Made by a program: the position numbers and the translations under genes. From NCBI GenBank assembly GCA_964016885.1, contig OZ024741.1:383098001-383162000 (forward strand): a stretch of DNA of 64,000 nt, in the 5' to 3' direction. Positions 54,850 through 64,000 of this stretch are shown one piece after another (within the stretch, counting starts at the first letter, position 1; the number at the start of each line of letters is the position of its first letter). Under the pieces are notes generated by a model. It ran no database searches, was not told the DNA's origin, and saw nothing but the letters and a program-made list of their open reading frames with translations. Source of the stretch: Eledone cirrhosa. Its lineage: Eukaryota.

Positions 54850-55924
54850 GGACAACAAGTTATCGTTTTAGGTAATCAAGTTAGAGGTTGTGAATACTCT
54901 GTATTGAGTTTAGTTTTAGTATTCGGCGTTGTTTGACTCAACAAGAGGTATCCATAGTTAGGTGGCGTGTTCGTGAGAATTCCCATGTTAGTTATTCTTG
55001 GAGTAATAATAGTGAAACTGGTAGCTTAATGATACAAACCGGGAATATGGGATTAGCTGGTTGAAATTATCGGGAGCAAGGGCCTGCAACAATGGAATGT
55101 CCCACCGTGGACTTTGCAATATGGAGCTGTTCCATAATTTAAAGTACGATAAAATGCTGCTTCACAGCAAAATAGAACGATAAGTTTTCTGTAGGCACAA
55201 AGCAACTACCAAGGTCGCAAATTTCAAACCAACATAATTCGATCGAGCAATATCAGAATTCAAGCAGAACCACCCATATTTTAACGCACTGACTACATAC
55301 CACCTCACTTTTATTAGCTGTCAACTGACCACCTGCTCACTAAATCAACATCATAAATCTCCCACCTTTCTTTCACTCTCTCTCTCTAAAGCCACATCAC
55401 CACCTATTAAGATAAATCAATCAGCCTGCCAGGCATTTCCACCCATATATCAACACTACCCATCTCAATTTGTATTCTTTATCTACATATCTACTCCTTC
55501 CCCGTCCTTAGCCCTACCCCTTATGTCTCATATTCGTATCACCACCCCCACTATCTGGTTCCTGTAATTTTTATCTATTATTTTTTATCTTTTATCTGTT
55601 ATTTGTTACTATTTTTTTTATTTCTTACTCTAATCCTCTGAGATTTGACCAGTGCGTATGTATGTATTTAATGTTTCTTTTCATATTAGTTTTATCTCTA
55701 CCTTCATCACGTCTTTACACATTCACTTACTCACCACTGTACGTTAACCACCGCCACCACCACCACCCCTATTATCAGCAATCGTATTCTGTACTTATAA
55801 TTTGTTTACTTATTTTTTACAACTTTATCATATTCATTCTAACTTCTTTATTATTATCTTTTATTATTGATGTCATTGTTTTGATTCTCCGTTGTATCTA
55901 TAAATACCATATGCCAGTATTCCT

Positions 55925-56212
55925 GGTTGATATGTATATCATATAGATCTATATAAAGGTTTTACAAACTATCAGAGCAAATATACCTACCTACACATAT
56001 ATATGCTGTCTTCAGAAATATTATTTCTGAAGACAGCATATATATGTGTAGGTAGGTATATTCCCTCAGATAGTTTGTAAAACCTTTACATAGATCTATA
56101 TGATATACATACCAACACACACATATACATCCTAGAAACGATCGTAAAATGATGAATTTTTTAATATAAGGAACTGTTTCTTTGTTTTTATTCATTGTTT
56201 TTATTAATTTAT
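55925..56212. mobile_element. Foldback of the family 4 pLTR with hammerhead at 56020-56153
   Basis: Centre cagaaatattatttctg near 56021; right arm matches 59948-60140. Confidence 0.82.
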
Positions 56213-56351
56213 CTTGACTCTGTTTTCCTGTGTTTTTCATAAAAAAAAACTTTGAATACATCTCTTTTCATGATATTTGGATTACATTGAGTTCTTCATA
56301 CGGATTGCATACTACCGTGTATTTTGGTAGATTTATCTACATATATATATT

Positions 56352-56432
<81 letters not shown>

Positions 56433-56450
56433 ATGACCCTCCCAAAGTAT

Positions 56451-56516
<66 letters not shown>

Positions 56517-56689
56517 TAGAATGTTACAGTATCGTGAGAGAGAATAAAGAGAAGAAGCGCTATAGAAAGAGACGATACAGATAATTAATTGCCATAAGCA
56601 GGTACATTCGTGTTCGATGGTTGTGCGAACAGGGTTAAATATTAGAAGCGTTAATATTTAGTGTGCGAATTTAAGCAGAGCAATTATAA

Positions 56690-56903
56690 TCGAAGAGATT
56701 GATGAAAGAGAAGCAAGCCGTTAAAATATATTTATAAGAAGCTCTTACACATTTTACGCCCAAGTTGGGCTCTTCAGAGGCTTATAAGAAAATAAAGGAT
56801 TTAATAAAGAACCTTGAATGAGTACGATTTTGCGCGTGACACGTGTAAGAGATTCTTATAAATATATTTTAACGAATTGCTTCTCTTTCATCAATTTCTT
56901 CGA
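56690..56903. mobile_element. Foldback with degenerate hammerhead (56738-56783, minus)
   Basis: aagcct CTGAAGA gccc aactt gggc GTAA aatgtg TA agagctt; opposite arm reads gacacgtg TA agag. Confidence 0.6.
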
Positions 56904-56913
56904 GTATATATAT

Positions 56914-57144
56914 ATAACAAAGGAATTGTAGTAAGGAACTAAAAATGGACCATAACGCACCAGAGTACTCAATACTTAGTGGGAAATAGGAAAATGTATG
57001 ACCCCGACAGCAGAGCTCAAGCCGTTTCGACGGCTAGTTCTGGAGTAAATTAGAATTTTTAGACCAAGCTAAAAATTCTAATTTAATCCAGAAATAGCCG
57101 TCGAAACGGCTTGAGCTCTGCCGTCGGGGTCATACTTTTTCCTA
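56914..57144. mobile_element. Family H foldback mini-element
   Basis: Hairpin centred near 57067, tail on the left. Confidence 0.85.
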
Positions 57145-57282
57145 TATATATATATATATTTCGTTTCTGAATTTGTTTAGCAAGATTATTGGCAACATGA
57201 CCCTCTCAAAGTTTAACAATATATATATATATAGAGAGAGAGAGATATATAAATAGATAGATAGATAGATCGATAGATATGT

Positions 57283-57321
<39 letters not shown>

Positions 57322-57337
57322 CATACATACATACATA

Positions 57338-57722
<385 letters not shown>

Positions 57723-57809
57723 CATATATATATACACATATATATATAAAAGAACATTTTTTAATACATCTTTTCTTCTCATGATATTTGAATGGAAATA
57801 ATATTTTGA

Positions 57810-60140
57810 ATGAAAAGATTATTTGGGGACTATTATATTCTCACTATTACATTTGAAAACACCAGTAAAGTAGTTAATTTCCTTGATATAACTTTAGACT
57901 TATCTACGAGTATCTACCAACCTTACCATAAACCTAACCAAAACATACATTACATACACTTACAATCCAATCACCCTAGATCTATCCTTAAAAACCAGGC
58001 ACATAATATCTCACTCAGAATTTCTAACCTTTCATCTAACCAGGATATATTCGATAAAAATGCGACCTTTTATAACGAAGCTTTAGCTAGAAGCAGCCAC
58101 AAATACAAATTAGTCTATATACCTTGTACCAATAATACTACAAACATACAACCCAATATTACCCACAAACACCAAATGAAAAATGCACACCTAAATGCCA
58201 CTCACACTATACCTAAAAATACCAACTTAATTTTTCTACCTTTACTCACATACAATATAATAACTTTCAAAAAACCATTCATCCTCATATTCCAATCTAT
58301 GTTAATAACATTACTAACAAAATTCCTAATAATCAGCCTAAAACACATAAATCAGTGAATCTAACTAAACATATGTATAATAAATTCACTAATACTAACT
58401 CTCTTAGTAAACATCAGGATACATCGTATAAAAATAAAAATCAGCATCAAAACCGTAATAGACGAGTTACTTGGTATAATGCTCCATTTAATCTACAAAT
58501 TAAAGATAATATACCTAAAAAAATGTTTACTAGCCTAGAGAAAAATTTCCCGCTAAACCATAAATACCATCAAATTTTAAATAGATCAACTGTCAAATTT
58601 TCCTACTCCACTACCAAAAATATACAACAAAATAAAAATGACTACAATGCATATAAATGTAAAAATAATATGAATATACCACCAACACATCAAACTAACC
58701 ATAATACTAAAATAAACCGCAGCAAACCACTATCTCCTTCATATACAACAAGGCGAGTAAATTCCACACCAAATTTGACTAACTCCCTGATATAATATTC
58801 ACGAATGGTTGTAACTGTAGAAACAATGCAAATTGCCCATTAAAAGGAAATTGCCTTATTAATAACATAGTATATAAATGTAAAATTAGCACTAAGGACT
58901 CAACTTATTCATATATAGGAGCTACTTCTAACCAATTTAAAGTAAGATGTAATACCCACAAACACAGTTATAAAAATGCCGCATTAGCTAATACAACATC
59001 CATGGCTGAAATAATTAATAATTATAGAAAAAAGAATATCGATTATAACTTGACCTGGAGTGTGTTCAAAAGGGCCACCCCTTATCAAAATAACAGATAT
59101 GACTGTAGATTATGTTCCCAGGAACTTTTTGAAATAATGAAATCTAAGTTTATCCTATTAAATAAGCGACAAGAATTAATTATATCGTGCAATCATAGAA
59201 TTAGAAGAACTTTCAATTATTATAAACCTAATTAATATACACTTTTATTTTACAAATTATTATAATTAGTTGGGTTTTTTTTAATTTAGTTAACCTATAA
59301 TTACTATTTTACTACTGAGAACTCCATAATTTTATTTCCCTTTTACAGCTATCTTTTCCTAAAATTAATACCTATAAGTATACATATAAACTATTTTAAT
59401 TTCCTGTTATGAATCTAAATTCCTTGTAGTCTATATAAGTTTGTTATTTCTCACTAATACATTTATCCCCCCCAAAATTGTTTTTCCTTCGTTTTTAACA
59501 ACATTCTAACTCTTATTTATCACATATATATGAATTAATATAAATGTATCCCTATAAGTATACCTATCAATTAAATTAATTTAATTTCTTTTTATAGATC
59601 TAAATTTCTTATGTTTTTAATAAGATTGGTATTTCTCACTAACTCATTTATCCTAAAATTGTACTCTCCTTTGATTTTAACATCAGCATTATTCTTTAAT
59701 AACATCAAATGTTCGTGTACCTTTCACCGGCTTGACCTCTTTTCATCCCCAAAGTAATCTTTTCATTCAAAGTATTATTTCCATTCAAAACTGAAGTCTG
59801 CATTCCTCTACCCCTAAATTAAATTTCTACTTCTACTATTCTATCAACTTGACCACTTACTACTCTTCTATTGGTCAATTCAAAACCTGTACCCAAACAG
59901 ACTTATTATATTAAATCTGTGTTGGTGTTTTTCAATAAACAAATATCATTATTTCTGAAGACAGCATATATATATGTGTAGGTATGTATATTCCCTCTGA
60001 GAGTTTGTAAAATGTTTACATAGATCTATATGATATACATACCAATACACATATATATATCCTAGAAACGATCGTAAAATGATGATTTTTTTAATATAAG
60101 GAACTGTTTCTTTGTTTTTATTCATTGTTTTTATTAATTT
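57810..60140 (+). mobile_element. Penelope-like element family 4 (Nematis-like), 5'-truncated and decayed, with 3' pLTR
   Basis: VNFLDITLDL..PYHKPN, SNHP, WYNAPFN, CNC..CPL..C, IVYKC..YIGAT, CRLC..E; HHR at 59945. Confidence 0.85.
59945..60086 (+). ncRNA. Hammerhead with 10-bp stem I and long stem/loop II
   Basis: atcattattt CTGAAGA cagc atatatatatgtgt...acacatatatatat ccta GAAA cgatcg TA aaatgatgat. Confidence 0.82.
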
Positions 60141-60234
60141 ATATATATATATATGAAAAAGTCAAATAGAAATAAAAAACAGAACAATGAAGAAATTTAA
60201 GATTAGTTTCACGTTTGATATAGAAGGAAATTAT

Positions 60235-60270
60235 TCTTAACGTTTCAGAAGCTAGTCCTTCATCAGAAAA
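60235..60270 (-). ncRNA. Ultra-minimal hammerhead
   Basis: tttt CTGATGA agga ctagc ttct GAAA cg TT aaga; palindromic AACGTT. Confidence 0.72.
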
Positions 60271-60402
60271 TAGGATACTAAATTAAAGAAGAAATGGAAC
60301 GATTGAGGAAGGAGACAAGTGCCAGAAATTAAAACAATTTCTTGAACTGAAACACGTCTATTCAATCACCGTCTCTTGCGAAACATACATATGTATGTAT
60401 AT

Positions 60403-60447
<45 letters not shown>

Positions 60448-60959
60448 CCATTCTGTTGAGAACTTAATTCGCTTTGTGATCTTTTGCAATTTTGCAATAT
60501 AATACACATACTGAATTCATCCGCTAAAAATGAGGGTTGCCTCCCTTGTCGAGCCCCACATGGGTATTGGTAACGGTCAATCCTTAGCCTGGCACTTGAA
60601 CTAAAAGCCTGTTGAGAAAGTGACTTCCTTGTTCAATCATCTTACCAAAAGCTTAACATTTTTTATCTAAGCGGACAGTACTTGATTTAGGAGTCGCAGA
60701 ACCAAAATGCTGGATTTTCACCAACCATCCAGGGTTCCGAGTAAATTTTTCAATCATATTTTTTTTATTTATTTTACCCGAATTACTTGGTCGTTTCTAT
60801 GGCTGTTCGGATAATGGTTTAACCATCGTCTCAGTGTGTTTGGCCTTTTAACGTATGTTGTAGATCTGGTTCGTTAGAATCTATTGAGCGCTTGCCACAC
60901 ATCTTGGAAGTTGTTTTTCGCTAATTTCCAATAACCGAAATACGATTCTCGCTAATATA

Positions 60960-61010
<51 letters not shown>

Positions 61011-61124
61011 GCGAAATTTATTATACTTATTCACATAAAATCATCAACCAACTAAATTATTTTCTAAGAACCTAGCATTTCGAGCCACTTTTTTCCATAT
61101 AAAACAGAAGTAACATCCGAATAT

Positions 61125-61770
<646 letters not shown>

Positions 61771-62556
61771 CGGCTAATAATTCTTCTCTCTCTATACAAA
61801 TATTTGTGTTTATATATATATATATATATATATATTTCTTTAAGTCGTTTGGAAACGTCGACAATGCAGATGGGTAAATCTCCGGGTAACACGATCCGGT
61901 GGTGGAGAGAGAGATGTAAGTGCGTGTACGTTGAGATGCGTGGTGTGTATAAGACTGTAACGTGTAGTGGAATCAAGGAAAGAGCGTAAAGGATAAAAAT
62001 AAAATTAACAACACGAGAAAGAGTTACCTTGGGAGAGATTTAATTGTCCCTATATATTTCGGATTCAACTGGGTTTTTCCGGGGGGTGGGGAGGTTGTCC
62101 GTCGGAAAGGTGCGAAACGTGTCCTTCGCTGTTCGTTGTTTTGAAACTAGGGCCACAATTAAACAACCGATCCGAGAGAAGCGAAATGAGATGGTTGGTT
62201 TAAGTTAACAAACGATGCAGCAACACACGCACACACACACAGGCGAGACAGCAACACACGCACACACACACACACAACACAAACTTGTAATAGAAATAAT
62301 AATACTAATAATAGGTTTATAGTGAACATTGTCCAGATCCCAGTGGTGTAAATATCCATGAGTAATCATGGTTACATTGACACGCATGGGCAGTTATTTT
62401 CTAAACAGCGACATAAAAATAGCATTGCTCAACTCATATATATATATATACCATCATATATCCAATGAACTACAGAAAAACTCAGTCTATGCATTGCAAA
62501 TATAAGAACAATATATTGAATAGTTATGATTAACATGATTCAATACATGTATATAA

Positions 62557-62604
<48 letters not shown>

Positions 62605-62608
<4 letters not shown>

Positions 62609-62835
62609 ATAATAATAAATTTGAAGACTAAAATCCAAAGAGGGCTCGATAAGGATAAATATATGTCAAATATATAAGAACCGTAGAGCAAATATTTATT
62701 AAAATAACAGATTAAAGTTTAAGCAAAGAATCGCTGCTTTCACCCTTAACGGGATCTTCTGAATCAGAAGATCCCGTTAAGGGTGAAAGCCGCGATTCTT
62801 TGCTTAAACTTTAATCTGTTATTTTTTAATAAATA
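62605..62835. mobile_element. Family M foldback mini-element
   Basis: Centre cttctgaatcagaag near 62763; arms ~75 bp; tail on the left; (TA)n flanks. Confidence 0.85.
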
Positions 62836-62849
62836 TATATATATATATA

Positions 62850-62933
<84 letters not shown>

Positions 62934-63078
62934 GAGAGTGAGAGAAAGAGGGAGAGATAATAAGAACATGCGAAGTAGTTTCAATGATCTCTTCAGACAG
63001 CTTCTTACATAATAAGGTTACGTTCTCGAGGCAATTAAAACGATGAGGGAACTGACAAAGATGATGTTCTTGAAGCCT

Positions 63079-63429
<351 letters not shown>

Positions 63430-63514
63430 ATGCATATGTATAGACTTGTGTTCTGTGTATGTGTCTATGTGCCTATATGGATGTGTTTTTGAGTAATGAT
63501 ATATATACATATAT

Positions 63515-63561
<47 letters not shown>

Positions 63562-63688
63562 AAAGTTCTATTTAAATTGTTGGGATACAACAAGCAAATA
63601 TTTTTATAACTGATATAAAGCACTCGACAAGTATTTGGAGTAAATATACGATATTAACAAATGGAAACTATATTTATAAAACCATATC

Positions 63689-63753
63689 TATTTTATTATA
63701 CATATTTCAAGGATACCATGTTAACTTATTGTATGCTTTCATCAGACAAAATA
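63689..63753 (-). ncRNA. Minimal hammerhead, left arm
   Basis: Reverse complement of 63808-63872 with one stem II substitution. Confidence 0.8.
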
Positions 63754-63807
63754 CAATATATACCAGTTTTATAAAACAATATTTATTTATAAAACTGGTA
63801 TATATTG

Positions 63808-63872
63808 TATTTTGTCTGATGAAAGCATACCATAAGTTAACATGGTATCCTTGAAATATGTATAATAAAATA
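63808..63872 (+). ncRNA. Minimal hammerhead, right arm
   Basis: tattttgt CTGATGA aagc ataccat aagttaac atggtat cctt GAAA tatgta TA ataaaata; 8-bp stem I. Confidence 0.82.
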
Positions 63873-63911
63873 GATATGGTTTTATAAATATAGTTTCCAT
63901 TTGTTAATATC

Positions 63912-64000
<89 letters not shown>

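Larger units (their letters stand above)
63559..63916. mobile_element. Foldback mini-element with a hammerhead on each strand
   Basis: 63645-63775 inverted against 63787-63916; tail 63559-63644; (TA)n flanks. Confidence 0.9.

Overview
Eukaryotic, very AT-rich, microsatellite-saturated ((TA)n, (TG)n, (GA)n, (AAG)n) non-genic DNA; the SINE and repeat content suggest an invertebrate, probably cephalopod (Octopus-like), genome, which is an inference. I see no host gene, rRNA or true tRNA gene, and most track ORFs are microsatellite artefacts. The window is dominated by Penelope-like elements (PLEs; RT plus C-terminal GIY-YIG) of at least three families, including one near-intact 756-aa Neptune-type ORF. 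It also holds RTE LINE fragments, an R2-like 5' end, HERO-like and Tx1-like fragments, Nin-domain tRNA SINEs, a mariner-type MITE and Helitron-like ends. The main hidden signal is about 30 minimal type-I hammerhead ribozyme (HHR) motifs from roughly ten unrelated families, found by eye on both strands, nearly all with a palindromic stem III/loop III. Most sit in head-to-head foldback elements (65 bp to 3.4 kb) inserted in (TA)n, with a reproducible asymmetry: one arm carries a family-specific 3' tail and the other stops at a fixed internal TA site. One family has a U3:A8 covariant core, and one non-coding ~450-bp family occurs as retrozyme-like tandems. All structures are hand-derived and coordinates may be off by a few bases.
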